Shown: piece after piece, positions 63,831-64,000 of the stretch | How the letters are laid out: the number at the start of each line of letters is the position of its first letter | Numbering within the stretch: position 1 is the stretch's first letter | Virus record (IMG/VR): IMGVR_UViG_2918249483_000002 | Span: 1 to 64,000 of that record | Direction: 5' to 3' (one strand) | Length of the DNA stretch: 64,000 nt | Origin: a virus | Taxonomy: Duplodnaviria; Caudoviricetes | Notes under the pieces: generated by a model | The model's database searches: none | What the model was told of the DNA's origin: nothing | What the model saw: only the letters and a program-made list of their open reading frames with translations | Position numbers and translations under genes: made by a program

Positions 63831-64000
63831 AGCAACGCGGTCGGTCTCCGATGCGGCGGTTCAATCGCTTGCCGCAGACCACATCATCGACACATCAAGG
63901 GGCTGTGATCTCCGCAATGGACCGGACTCCAACTTGGCGGTTCAGTGGAGCAATTTCCGAGTGCGCATCTCGGGATGCGGGGTGAAGCGCTCAAAGAGAC

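Overview
This window is about 64 kb of one high-GC temperate phage that appears to live as a plasmid (phage-plasmid). The host is most likely an alphaproteobacterium, based on a GapR homologue, an alpha-type LexA box and an RHH_4 regulator. From left to right: the end of a lysis module; SOS-boxed umuDC; an iteron-flanked IncW/pBBR1-type repA with parA; a ~20 kb leftward early operon (two DNA methyltransferases, tRNA-Ala and tRNA-Pro); and a lambdoid immunity region with palindromic OL/OR operators, a short repressor lacking a peptidase domain, cro and cII. A rightward replication/DNA-modification operon follows (dnaN, gapR, HNH, three MTases, SNF2 helicase, PAPS-reductase-like protein, initiator). 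After it come accessory genes (alarmone-hydrolase-like HD protein, BrnTA, HigBA, DNA ligase), a lambda-like cos site, a small terminase and further cargo (Gp37/Gp68, TAXI binding protein, ParB-like). The most interesting part is ~6 kb of cargo between OL and the repressor: a WYL + DnaQ-BRCT + orphan cassette, and an EamA exporter / PAS-PAS-LuxR sensor / His-motif GRDP-like protein trio that may be a phage small-molecule signalling system. No integrase, large terminase, structural genes or CRISPR array are visible. All family assignments come from motif recognition by eye, not database searches.
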